DNA of 64,000 nt from Octopus vulgaris (taxonomy: Eukaryota). The stretch lies in assembly GCA_951406725.2 (NCBI GenBank), contig OX597835.1:27280001-27344000 (forward strand), given 5' to 3'. A program made the translations under genes and the position numbers. This document shows, in pieces, positions 1 to 12,545 of the stretch. The notes under the pieces were generated by a model. It was not told the DNA's origin. It searched no databases and was given only the letters and a program-made list of their open reading frames with translations. Every line of letters begins with the position of its first letter. Position 1 is the stretch's first letter.

Positions 1-120
1 AGCCCACAGAAGATAGTAATTGCAATATAGCATCAAGACAGACTCAACATGACACTGTATTTAATAAAACAGGATCTTTGAATTACAGATACAGTCTATC
101 TCAAAAACATACATATACAG

Positions 121-168
<48 letters not shown>

Positions 169-591
169 GTAAAAAAAATACAAACTGGTACAAGAACGCA
201 AAACATTTAGAAGACGATACAAAAAACACGGACGGGACATTCAAAGCTTTCAATCTTCAGTCAAGAACCGGATCATCCTCGCAATTTCAGCTGATATATA
301 TAAGTACCTTATTTTCAACTGCCTATCACCTCAATACACTTGACTTATATAGGCACAATGAGTCACTATTATCTATAGGCTGAAACAGCTGTAAGTGATT
401 TTAATAATTCATATTCACATTTTTTAATAACTACTTGTATTCTTATCTTATATGCATTGAATAATATATTATATGTATGCATGTTATTATGGTCGTCGTT
501 TTGATAAATAAATAAGTCAATATTTTAATGTCCTAAAGTTGATGAACCAACTAATGTGCTTCTCCATTTTCTTATTTGTAATATATATATA

Positions 592-961
592 CTAGCAGTA
601 TCGCCCGGCGTTGCTCGGGTTTGTAAGGGAAATAACTATATAAGCATTTTTAGAGAGTTATAGCCAAAAAATAGCAAAAAAATGCATTAAAAATGGAAAA
701 AAAATTATAGTAAATTTTTTTTTAAATCGTTGACTCATCGTAGACATTTTTAGAGTTACTTCCCTTATATAATAGCGAAAAAATGCATTAAAATGGAAAA
801 AAATGATGGTAAATTTTTTTTTAAATCGTAGACTCATCGTAGACGCACGCTAATACCCAGAAGGGCTCGATATGAATCACGACTGCACCGCAAAATGTGG
901 GAGTAGTTAGGAATCTAAATAGTAGGAGACAGACACACAACCTTACTTTTATATATAAAGA
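592..961 (-). mobile_element. Non-autonomous Helitron
   Basis: 5' TC, 3' CTAG preceded by the hairpin CCCGAGC-AAC-GCCGGG, inserted between A and T; inverted near-copy of 2125-2508. Confidence 0.8.
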
Positions 962-1066
962 TATATATATATTTAGGGGGAGAATTCACGAAAAAAACAA
1001 AAGATGAAGAAAAGTGGTGTAGAAAACAAACAGATGTATTAGTATAAGGCTCGGGAATTGAAAAAG

Positions 1067-1104
1067 TCTTTAATGTTTCGAGCCTATGCTCTTCCACAGA
1101 AAGA
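1067..1104 (-). ncRNA. Degenerate minimal hammerhead (Penelope-type)
   Basis: TCTTT CTGTGGA A GAGC-ATAG-GCTC GAAA CATT AAAGA. Stems I and II pair, but the core deviates from CTGANGA. Confidence 0.5.
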
Positions 1105-1226
1105 AATAAGGAGAGAAACAAGGAGAGAAAAAAAAATGTGTGTAGTGGCTACCAATCTATCATTTTAGCAGCTTCTCTTTTCCATTTTAAACAAGTTTTA
1201 TGGGATATGAGTTTTATGAGTTTTAA

Positions 1227-1264
<38 letters not shown>

Positions 1265-1282
1265 AATATACACAAACACACG

Positions 1283-1313
<31 letters not shown>

Positions 1314-1501
1314 TATTTTTTAATAATATATTACTATTATTAATATAAGGAAATCAATATTGAACTCAACATAAAGATGTACCTGTGTGAAAGACCTTAT
1401 TGTATTAAAAATATATATAAATAAATAAATAAACATAAAAAAATAAATATAATGTATAAGATAAATTTGGTAGTTTAAAAGTTTTGAATTGATTTTTTAA
1501 G

Positions 1502-1593
1502 CATGTTACGATCGTTTCACAGAAGAATTGTCCCTATAATGAAATCCTATATTGATAAGCATTTATAGACAACCCTTCTGCTCTTCAGAGATA
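1502..1593 (-). ncRNA. Type I hammerhead ribozyme with extended stem II
   Basis: TATCT CTGAAGA GCAGAAGGGTTGTC...GACAATTCTTCTGT GAAA CGATCG TA ACATG. Stem II has 14 bp including G-U pairs, stem III is the palindrome ACGATCGT, cleavage triplet is GUA, and stem I has one C-C mismatch. Confidence 0.8.
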
Positions 1594-2124
1594 TAAAATA
1601 TGAATATTGTATAATATATCAAATGATATATTACCACACAGCCACACCTGTGCTTATAAGGGACATGAAAAATCCAATTAGAAATAATTATGCAATGAAG
1701 TAAAAAAAGTTTTTTATTATTATAACCATTTCAACCAGTATGGGAGACAACTCCATACATGTTTTACCCTTTATGACATCATCAGCATTTACTACCTCAC
1801 CTCTATTATTGCATAAAATCAATGTTCCACTCAATTTCTTGCCCTTCTCCCTCTCTCTCTCTCTCTTCTTACAACTATTCTACCAATCAACACTTGAACC
1901 ACTACGCTTCTCAAAGAACAACGAGAAGCTTCAACAAGGTCGTTTGACCTGCTAGAAATAGCAATCAAATTTCTCTCAAATCACACCATATCACCTTAAC
2001 AGAAAGGAAGAATGTAGATGGAATGAAGACCTATGTCTGGAAAAAAAAAACATAGCGATAATAATAATAAAAGACAGACGTTTGTGACAGTCTTTTACAA
2101 TAAACTGTAATCGATCAGGACTAA

Positions 2125-2508
2125 TCTTTATATATAAAAGCGAGGTTGTGTGTCTGTCTCCTACGATTTAGATTCCTAACTACTCTCACATTTTGCGATG
2201 CAGTTTAACCAAAACCGGGTATCTTATAGTCGTGATTCATATCGAGCCCTTCTGGGTATTAGCGCGCGTCTACGATGAGTCTACGATTTTTAAAAAAATT
2301 TACCATCATTTTTTTCCATTTTAATGCATTTTTCGCTATTATATAAGGGAAGTAACTCTCTAAAAATGTCTACGATGAGTCAACGATTTTCAAAAAATTT
2401 ACCATAATTTTTTTTCCATTTTTAATGCCTTTTTTTGGCTATAACTCTAAAAATGCTTATATAGTTATTTCCCTTACAAACCCGAGCAACGCCGGGCGAT
2501 ACTGCTAG
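2125..2508 (+). mobile_element. Non-autonomous Helitron
   Basis: A|TCTTTATATATAAAAG...CCCGAGCAACGCCGGGCGATACTGCTAG|T; no TSD. Confidence 0.85.
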
Positions 2509-2982
2509 TACAGTCTAAACAACAAAAAAAAAATAAAATAAAACGACACATGAACACATCATAAACAAGGGAGATAATTTGGAATTTTCCTAAATATTAT
2601 ACATAGAAGAAAATGTTTGTATGAGTACATATATACATACATATGTGTGTGTATCTACAGTTGGGAAAAAAGAGTACTCATTACCATAGATATAAAGAAT
2701 ATTTTATTTTCGGCAGGTCGGTTTTATTACTCTGAGTTTCACCTATGCAAAGATGAAACACTGCCATATATACATGCATATGCATACATACAATCTGAGT
2801 AATAACCTCATAAAGTGCATTTATAAGCTTCTCTACGTCATCATATTTATTTATAGGTACTTATATAATTGCTTATAAAATAATTCATGTGATGATACGA
2901 GACGGAAAATTCAGCAACTAATAGCTGTTACGACTGCATAGAAAAATAATTATGTACTGTCATTAAAACTTGTTTCTTTCAT

Positions 2983-3019
<37 letters not shown>

Positions 3020-3114
3020 TTCTATTTCTAATACATTTGTTTGTTTGTACTCTACCTGTCTTCGTCTCTTGTTTATTTTCGTAAACTTTCCCGTTTTATA
3101 TATATATATATATA

Positions 3115-3185
<71 letters not shown>

Positions 3186-3196
3186 TGTGTATATAT

Positions 3197-3557
3197 GTGG
3201 GTGTGTGGTAAGTAGCTTGCTTACCGACCACATGGTTCAGGGTTCAGTCCCACTACGTGGCACCTTGGGCAAGTGTCTTCTACTATAGCTTCGGGCTGAC
3301 CAAAGCCTTGTCAGTGGATTTGGTAGACGGAAACTAAAAGAAGCCCATCGCATGTATGTCTTAGTGTGTCTGTGTTTGTCCTCCCAACATCGCTTGACAA
3401 CCGATGATGGTGTGTTTACGTGCTCGTAACGGTTTGGCAAAACAGACCGATAGAATAAGTATTAGGCTTACAAAGAATAAGTCCTGGGGTCGATTTGCTC
3501 GACTAAAGGTGGTGCTCCAGCATGGCCACAGTCAAATGACTGAAACAAGTAAAAGAG
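3197..3557 (+). mobile_element. SINE family A copy
   Basis: Aligns over its length with 37843-38245. Confidence 0.85.
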
Positions 3558-3589
3558 TATATATATATATATATATATATAATCAGTCT

Positions 3590-3627
3590 GTCTGATGAAA
3601 GCAAACAAGCCGAAACTTTGAAGTCAT
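3590..3627 (+). ncRNA. Degenerate minimal hammerhead
   Basis: GT CTGATGA A AGC-AAACAA-GCC GAAA CTTTGAAG TC AT. Core intact; the first stem II pair is mismatched and stem I is weak. Directly follows (TA)n. Confidence 0.5.
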
Positions 3628-5651
3628 TATCAATTTTTCTTTCGCAAAGTTTAATTCAAGAAATATGTACTCAAATGAAAAATAACTGAATAATCCTTCA
3701 GTATAATGTTAAACTGTTTTTATATTAAAACTTGGAAATTTTTACGGCTGTAATTAGTCTCTTCGGTAAAAGTTGTCGAATCTATACACAAACGGCCTCA
3801 TCTGACAAAACGGAAGGGACAATATAGAAACGACAGGCAAGGATACCTGAATGTCTTGCATAAATATAAAACATTACAAAACGTTAATTAAATCAGTTTG
3901 ATTAGTCTTAATTAGCACATGTCCCCTGGCTGGCTCAAAGTTATTCACACAAGATATGTGAAATCCCTGGAAGTTTGCAGAAATTCTAAGATATGTTGTT
4001 TCATGTTTATAAACAGTAATTAACTCGAGTTTGATTAAGCTTCGTAAATTACCAAAGTAAAATTATAAATAATTCGTAAATTAGGAGGAATATGGTGTAT
4101 CGTTTCTATGGTCCCTTTCGTTTTAAAGATGTTCTACATTACTCCTTTATTGCTTAGAAAGTTTCAATGACATGACAAGATACTTATATGAGCAGGTGAG
4201 TAAGCCTTCGAGAAAAATTTAATAGAATTAGAGAAATATATAGTGTAATAAATTGGATAGTTCAAATGTTATTTCTTTTGGCGTACCTACAAGTGATGTG
4301 TAACAGTATATATTTGTGCACGCCCAGTAATTTTATTTTTTATATACCATTTTAAACTCTGCTGTAATCATAATCTACACTATCTGAAAGGTATTTGTGG
4401 AAGATTTCATTAAAAAATTTCCATTTTTCTTGAAGTCATGAAGAAACAAAATCGGTGGGGTACATTTGTGTAGGTATGCCCTCTTCGTTACTAATTAGAA
4501 GTTTGAATGGAGGTAGCATAGCGATTATTAAACATGAGCAGGTAGATAGGATTTTAAAAGAATTTTAGTATCAAAATTAGAGAAATATATAATGTAATAA
4601 AATTAGTAACTAGACGTTCAAATTACTTTAATTTTATTTGTTTTTATCATCGACAATTATATTGTTTAGCTGCATTCGAATTATTTTGCATTCATTTTCA
4701 TTTGTAGTGACTTAAAAATATCAGGTTTAAAAAAAAACGAAAAGTGAAAATGGAAATAAGGGGGAAATGACAAGATTTAAAATTTTTTAAAAAGAATGTC
4801 TGAACTGTTAAAATTATAAACGGGAAAATAATTAATTCGAAGAAATATAGCATCCACTAAAGTTCAAATCGTTTTTTAACTTTTACTATTATCAGTCATT
4901 AGACTGCGGCCCCAGTATTTATTCTACCAAACCTGGTAGGTACTTATTCTATCGGTTGTTTTTGCTGAATCGCTAAGTTGCATAGAAATAAACAAACCAG
5001 CACCGGTTGTCAAGCGGTGGTAAGGGTCAAAGGCACACACACACACACATATTACATATATGTGTGTGTATTAGCTTCCTGCAGTTTCCGTCTACCAAAT
5101 CCACTCACAAGGCTTTGTGGTAGGCCCGAAGCAAGAGTAGTAGTGTTTTAACGTGCCGCGTAGTGTAACTGAACCCGAAACCATGTGGTTTCTGAACACG
5201 TTTTCTTACCACGCGGCCATACCTAAAACATGTGATTAATGCCCCATGAAGTTACTACCAAATCGTGTTTCTCGTTATATTGTTAAGTCATTATTCACTA
5301 ATTAACCTTAAAATAATAATAATAATAATAATAAATATTTTATATATTTGTTGTCGTAAAGACCCTGGATAAAAGAGACATTAAAGAAAAATGAATTAAC
5401 TTTTATTCCTTTCTGTCGTAATATCTAAGTTTAGAAAATAATTTAGAGGAGTCCTACTTCAAAGACACGAATTTCTTATACCATTTTTTGCTCACACACC
5501 ACTACCATCACCAATTTCCTCGGACCCCTGGGTTTGCGGGGTTTTTTTTTATTTAATTTTATTTTATTTCGAAAATTCTTCATGAAGCTATTTTAAATGA
5601 CAGCATTTTTTCTATATTCTGTGTGAGAGAAAGAAAGAAGGAGGGACGAAA

Positions 5652-5852
5652 ATAGATAGATAGGTAGGTAGGTAGGTAGGTAGGTAGGTAGATAGATAGG
5701 TAGGTAGGTAGGTAGATAGATAGATAGGTAGATAGATAGGTAGGTAGGTAGGTAGGTAGATAGATAGATAGGTAGGTAGATAGGTAGGTAGGTAGATAGG
5801 TAGGTAGGTAGATAGATATGTAGGTAGGTAGATAGATATGTAGGTAGGTAGG

Positions 5853-5893
<41 letters not shown>
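5652..5893. repeat. (GATA)n/(GGTA)n compound microsatellite
   Basis: Directly visible. Confidence 0.95.
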
Positions 5894-5894
<1 letters not shown>

Positions 5895-5944
5895 TGCTGT
5901 AATTTAAGATTATATTCATTAACACGAGTAATAAATAAACATAC

Positions 5945-6553
5945 CGCATCTGAGAAATTCCTTCCTAGGAACCTGGTAAACCAGTTAGCGGTGCCGGCAA
6001 AATCCAAAATCTTTTTTTCCTTCGCTATTTCTCTCGCTCTGTCTGTGATCATATCCCGTGTTAATTCATCCAGCTTATCGTTAGTATAGAAACCGTTAAT
6101 CCAGCTGGCAAGTTCCCGATCCATTTCCCGCACTCTGGTCAGTTGACGAGTTCCACGTCTCTTGGAAATGGCCTCGCCCTTGCTAGGGGTCTTCCCATTA
6201 GCCTTGGTTGTGGTGGTTCTGGTCGTCCTCGTGTTGGTGGTAGAATTAGAAACATCGTCCGCAGAATTATTATCCCGTGTGGTTTTAACAGCAGAACTTT
6301 GATTGCTCACCTCGTTGAAGTCGGGGTTAACAGAGGTGAAGGACATCGGCGAAGACACCGAAAGTTCCAGTTCCAATTCGGGTTCGGTTTCCAAATCGGG
6401 AGGTTCTTCAGCATCGACATAGTTCGATTTATCCGTCGTGGAATCCACATCTTTGTTGTTACCCGTTTGGTCGTCGTGTTCGGGTGTTTTGGCCGACAGA
6501 GAACTGTTTATGGCACCGGTGTCCTTCTGTACCGTCATCATGTCTTTGGACAT
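5945..6553 (-). CDS. Coding exon of a CENP-B-type HTH (HTH_Tnp_Tc5-like) domain protein, ~203 aa; downstream exons not identified
   Basis: ORF 5612..6652: acidic, Thr/Ser-rich N-terminus then EMDRELASWINGFY...LTRDMITDRAREIAKEKKILDFAGTANWFTRFLGRN, matching the CENP-B/pogo HTH pattern. First ATG at 6553 after an in-frame upstream stop at 6706-6704. Donor GCG|GTATGT at 5945; beyond it the ORF runs into a microsatellite. Confidence 0.8.
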
Positions 6554-7268
6554 CCTCGGTGGTTTGATGCTCAAAACCTTTATTACTATTATTAATACTA
6601 CTACTACAGACGTTACTATTTTTATTAGTGTTGCTGCTACTGACGGCAACACTGCATTTACCGTGTGTAATTGATATAATTCCTTTGTTCCACCGTCCTC
6701 CTTTCAAAGCTTCGCAACAACCAGGCGGCACAACTGCTGTCGCCGCCGACAGACGGCGCTCACTGTCATCCCATTCATTCACCCGTTTTTTTTTTTTTAA
6801 TTTTCAAATATTGTCTTAATTCATTCTTCTTACCATGATGTAACTACAGGCGTAGTTGAAAGCGCTAATATGAAGAAATAATTAGTGAAATGTAAATAAA
6901 TATATATTTTTACAACCATCAAGCATTCTGAACAACTTTTTTTTCCTTCATATCATATATATATATGTGTGTGTGTCTGTGTTTGTCCCCCCAAAATCGC
7001 TTGACAACCGATGCTGGTGTGTTCATGTCCCCGTAACTTAGCGGTTCGGCAAAATGGAGCGATAGAATAAGTACTAGGCTTACAAAGAATAAGTCCTGGG
7101 CTCAATTTGCTCGACTAAAGGCAGTGCTCCAGCATGGCTGCAATCAAATGACTGAAACAAGTAAAAGAGTAAAGAGTATATATATATATATATAAAACAA
7201 TTTAACAAATAAAACATGCATACATACATACATATATGTAAATACCTACATCTATATGTATATATACA

Positions 7269-7312
<44 letters not shown>

Positions 7313-7324
7313 AGTACAGGACAC

Positions 7325-7381
<57 letters not shown>

Positions 7382-7615
7382 CGGAGATGTACTTGCATAG
7401 CAAGTGATTTGATCTGAGATCGTGTGTTGAAACGAAAACAATTGCAGCGTGGAAGGTGTTTGTAAGCGATGCAGCACGGATTTTTGTCAGTGAACAGGTT
7501 GCGGTCTTAAAGCGACGAAAATATTTTGACAAATTAAACTTAAATGTTGAAGTGAATCGAACGGCTTTTGTGTGTTTCTTAAATGGCTTACAAACACCTT
7601 CCACGCTGCAATTAC

Positions 7616-7676
<61 letters not shown>

Positions 7677-7916
7677 TATATATATATTTCATATTCAGTA
7701 TGTAAAGGGACCATTTTAGGCGAATTCAAAATATTACATTATATATAAGGGCTTAGTAAAATAAATTACTTTATACTGAACTCATTAGAAATAGCAGCTA
7801 AAGAAATTTCTTCAGCTATTTCTAATACTTAAAGAAGATCTCTCTCAGATAGTGCTTGCCTAGACCAACTCACAAAGGTATGGGGGAAAAAACATTAAAA
7901 AATCAAATATATATAG

Positions 7917-7950
<34 letters not shown>

Positions 7951-8368
7951 CTTTGTATGTATATGCATGTACGTTTATGAGAGACAGACAGACGCTCCCT
8001 CGGCATCAAGAAATTAAACAAGCTTTATTAATTATAATTTACGTTTTTGAAGTGGAGAAAACAAAGTTTCTTTTAACTGGAATGTTTACTACAAATGAAT
8101 ACATACACATGTACACTATAACATGTGGCTTATTTTCGAAAGGAATAAAGAAACAATGGAAGTCAATAATACAACATTTATTTTTAATTATTATTTCATA
8201 CGAAGCGTCGTATGTACTTATATATGTGTATGTGACCGTGCACGTGTGTGTGTGTGTTTAATAACATACCGCCGGTGAAAATCTGAGCCAAACTTATAAA
8301 ACACATGTAACTGCAACCAGATGTGTTGAGTACTACATTCATTTGTTCACTCCCGTGTATGTGTAGAC

Positions 8369-8411
<43 letters not shown>

Positions 8412-8746
8412 GTGTAAGAAGAAGAAAACAAATACTGCTAGACAATTCATATTTGCCACTCTACTCTAGAAAACGGATACCTAACTTATTTTAACAATTC
8501 CATTGGGAATTTGCACAAGACACACTCACCTAATGACATCATGCATGCATGCACATATTACTTTTGAATACGGTTATCATCTATGTTGTGGCCGTCTTGA
8601 AACAGCTGTCGAGATAAAACTTTATATTATTCTCGTCTTCTGTTTTTGCTTTCTTTTTCTATATTTTGTAATCTGTATTTTGTGTTTCATGTAAATAAAC
8701 GTTTCAAGTCTGTGTTTATCTACCTTACTACCTACCTACCTCTGAG

Positions 8747-8750
<4 letters not shown>

Positions 8751-8781
<31 letters not shown>

Positions 8782-8810
8782 CAGACAGATAGATAGATAA
8801 ATAGACAGAC

Positions 8811-8861
<51 letters not shown>

Positions 8862-8970
8862 CAGATAGATAGATAAATAGACAGACAGATAGATAGAAAG
8901 ATAGATTGATAGATAGAAAGATAGACAGACAGATAGATAGATAGAAAGATAGACAGACAGATAGATAGAT
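8751..8970. repeat. (GATA)n/(GACA)n microsatellite
   Basis: Directly visible. Confidence 0.95.
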
Positions 8971-10063
8971 AAGTTTCTTTATTGGCCACACAGGGCTGTA
9001 CACAGATGGGACAAGTTACAAGGTAGAGCTTTTCTTTTGGGGGAGAAAAATTTTAAAAAAAGGCAGCATAGGTTTTCGATCAAAAGGGATCGTAAAAGGG
9101 AAAAAAGAACAAAAAAAAGAAAAAAAAGAAAAGGAACAAAAGAAAAGAAAAATGAAAAAAGAAGAAAAAAGGGGAAGAGGAAAAAAAACAATCAATAGGG
9201 ATTGTGTATCACAGTGTCATGATGTATGGTGTAAAGGGGAAAGCAAGTAAGGTGGGAAGAAAAGCCTACGAAAAAGACCACAGTAACCTTGGTCAGTATT
9301 GTTATATGTTACCACATTTGTTTGCAAGTGGGTAACCCTCTGTTTTCAATTTCTGGAGATAGATAGATAGATAGATAGAAAAATAGATAGATGCATCTTT
9401 AGATAAACATGTTCAAATGGAGATACAACAGTGTCTTTTATATTAGATCTTTTTTGTAATGTTTCCTTATTTCGTCCTGTGTGTTCAGATTGTATTGAAA
9501 ATATTTCAAAAGCTCATTAATGTTGTAAGGCATACTCAGTCACATGTTACAAATTAAATAATTTCGCCCTTTTGTATTGTTTCGCTTTTTGGGGGTTTTT
9601 TTCTGTTCTTTTAACATCTTTCTTCCTTTAAACAACAGGGATGGATATGAGAATGTCGTTCATGCCTCTCCTGAGATTATTAGAGATCTATGAGAAATGA
9701 AGCTGTTCCAAAAGTATTCACAAAAAGTTTCTCACAACTCACAACCTCATAAATCTCTTCAATCTCCCTTTCTCTCTCTCTCTCTCTTAGATCTTTCTCT
9801 ATATATCTCTCTCTCTCTATCTCAGATCTTTATCTCACTCTCTCTCTCCCTCACTCTATCTATCTGTCTCTTTCTCTCCCCCACCCCTTTGTCTGTCTCT
9901 TTCTCTATCTCTTTCTCACTATCACTCTCTCTCTCTCTCTCACTTTCTCTCTCGCACTGTCTGTCTGTTTGTCCGTCTCTCTCTCCCTCTATCTAACTAT
10001 CTTTCTCTCTCTCTCTCTCTCTCTCTCTCCCTCTGTGTTGGTCTTTTTCTCTGTCTTTCTCAA

Positions 10064-10691
10064 GTTCCAAGTCTTATGCATACAAAATTTCCTGCAACTG
10101 TCATGGTTTTAGGGGTTGTCAGCGATGAAGAACATGTGATGCTTCCTTACTTCTTTCCACAAGACCTTAGAATTAACTCTCCCACCTACATTGAGGTCCT
10201 GGAGATAATTGTTAAGCCCTGGATAGACAGCATATGCAATGGAACGCCATATGTGTTTCAGTAAGACTCTACACTACCAGACAAGACTCTAGTAACACAG
10301 GAATGGATGACTGAAATTTTCATGATCACATAACCCCTAACATTTGGCCTCCTAATACCCCAGGTCTCAATCCATTGGATTATTACATGTGGAGTGTTGT
10401 TGAGAGAAAGGTCAATGAACACACCCATAACACCAACGATTCTTTGAAAGCTGCCATAGTCAGAGTAATGTCCAAAATGAACCAGCACCACTTGATTCGA
10501 GCAGGTAGATGATTTAGATTTCATTTGAAGCAGTTGTTGAAGCTGAATGTGGCTTTATTGAATAACATTATAGAAAAGAAGGTTTATTTTTATCCTCATA
10601 GCATCTCTTGATAAATAAAGTTATTATCTGTAATTATATATGGACTTTTATAAACATAAATCTGTCCTCAAATACCTTGCCACATCTTGTA
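10064..10691 (+). mobile_element. Tc1/mariner (maT-like) transposase remnant with right TIR
   Basis: HTKFPATVMVLGVVS...YVFQ*D...WPPNTPGLNPLDYYMWS with stops and frameshifts; ends ...CCACATCTTG|TA. Confidence 0.8.
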
Positions 10692-10725
10692 TATGTTTGT
10701 GTGTATGTGGATATATATATATATA

Positions 10726-10888
10726 TCACTGTGACCGACCAGGCTATCAGATGTTACTACACATCGCTGGTCACAATGCACTTTGCATTGTTTTAGCGGG
10801 GTGGTGTCATTTGAAGGCTAAAACAATGCAAAGTGCATTGTGACCAGCGATGTGTAGTAACATCTGATAGCCTGGTCAGTCACGGTGA
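10726..10888. repeat. Near-perfect fold-back (72-bp arms, 19-nt spacer) of a TA-embedded repeat
   Basis: Arms 10726-10797 and 10817-10888; a non-inverted family member lies at 34207-34327. Confidence 0.9.
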
Positions 10889-10911
10889 TATATATATATA
10901 TATATATATAT

Positions 10912-11789
10912 GCAGGGTGCAGTGAATAAGCTGTCTAACTAAATTATGCAAAAATGAAAATAACACTGACCTCTCATTTTAACAGATATATTTACCAGAA
11001 TTACATAAAAATATCTTGAAATACTAAAGAGTAAATTTATTCAATAAAATCGCCATTGGCTTCAACCACGGCCTCAAGGCCACTTCAGAATCTCCTGCAA
11101 CTCTTCTGGACAATTTCCTTGTTTAAGTTGGTGAATGCTGCTATAATCCTTGCATTCAGGTCATCTTTGGTGTTACAAGGAGTTTTGGTGGTCTCTTGCT
11201 CAACTGTGCCCCACACATAATAATCAAGGAGGTTGCAGTCTGGGGAGTTAGGTGGCCAGATGTTAAGGGTGATGTAGTCGGAGAAACTGTCTGACAGCCA
11301 TGATTGGGTTCTCCTGCTTGTGTGGCATGGTACAGAGTCCTGTTACCAGACATAGGGTCTTCCGGCAGCTACCCTCTTGACCCAGGGTAGCTTACCTTCT
11401 CCAGGCACTTGATGTAGGCCTCCTTGTTGAATCAGAGGCCATGTGGGGAGATGAATGGAGACATAACATTGCCATCACTAGTGATCACGCCAAACACCAT
11501 GATGTTGACTGGATATTTGGTTTTTATCACTCTTGGTACATGTCTTCAGATTGCACTGTTTTCAAATTGACACCCAAACACTCTGACTTGTTCGTATTGG
11601 GGCTTCCAGCACAAATGCAAAGCAACACATGTTGTTTCCAAATTTCTGGCACAGTGAATTGCATCATGGTGCTTATTTTTCTCCCAGATGGTCCCTAACT
11701 ATACTGTGTAGTCAACAAAATCAAAAACAAACAATGTGCATGCACAAAAGTAAAAATATAAAATGGTAACAATTTACCTATCGCACTCT
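10912..11789 (-). mobile_element. DD37D (maT) transposase remnant with degenerate TIRs
   Basis: YVW*QD-[37 aa]-D (…WPPNSPDCNLLDYYVWG), counted by hand; ends CAGGGTGCAG.../...TCGCACTCTG. Confidence 0.82.
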
Positions 11790-12210
11790 GTGTGTATGTG
11801 TGTGTGTATATATGTATATATATATATATGTGTGTGTGTGTATGTACATATATGTATGTATATATGTATGTACATATATATACATGTACATAAGTATATA
11901 TATATATATATATGCATATATGTATGTATATATATATATATATGCATATATGTATGTATATATATATATATATGCATATATGTATGTATATATATATATA
12001 TGCATATGCATATATATATATATATATACGCATATATGTATGTATATGCATATGTATATATATATATATGCATATATGTATGTATATGCATATATATATA
12101 TGCATATATGTATGTATATGCATATATATATACGCATATATGTATGTATATACATATATATATATACGCATATATGTATGTATATATATATATATATATA
12201 CGCATATATG

Positions 12211-12250
<40 letters not shown>

Positions 12251-12264
12251 CGCATATATGTATG

Positions 12265-12297
<33 letters not shown>

Positions 12298-12317
12298 ATA
12301 TATATATATATATATAT
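11790..12317. repeat. Compound (TA)n/(TG)n/TATGCA microsatellite
   Basis: Directly visible. Confidence 0.95.
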
Positions 12318-12545
12318 AATTAATCAATATAGGGTGGCAAAAAAATTTTTTGTAGAATTCTTTTGCCACCAGCGGCCTAGTAGGAAAAAATTAAATAGTC
12401 ATAAACTATTTTTACGTTCAACATCACAATCAAGGAACGGCCATAATAGGCCATTCACCCACTAGAAATAACAGCCAAAAGCTTTAACCGCAAAATAACA
12501 TTAATTCCGTAAACCAGGAGAAAATTGAAAAACTTTTACCCTGTA

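Noticed and set aside
3754-3801. Possible next exon of the CENP-B-HTH gene (acceptor TTTTGTCAG, MRPFVYRFDNFYRRD*)
   Set aside because: Plausible acceptor but no protein motif or other support.
6143-6595. 150-aa plus-strand ORF
   Set aside because: Antisense shadow of the HTH coding exon.
8978-9300. Possible Tx1/L1 3' UTR inserted in (GATA)n (similar segment at 43270-43500)
   Set aside because: No coding remnant to support the classification.
11695-12465. Long YI/IY/CV-rich ORFs (also near 17, 19, 37, 42 and 47 kb)
   Set aside because: Translations of microsatellites.
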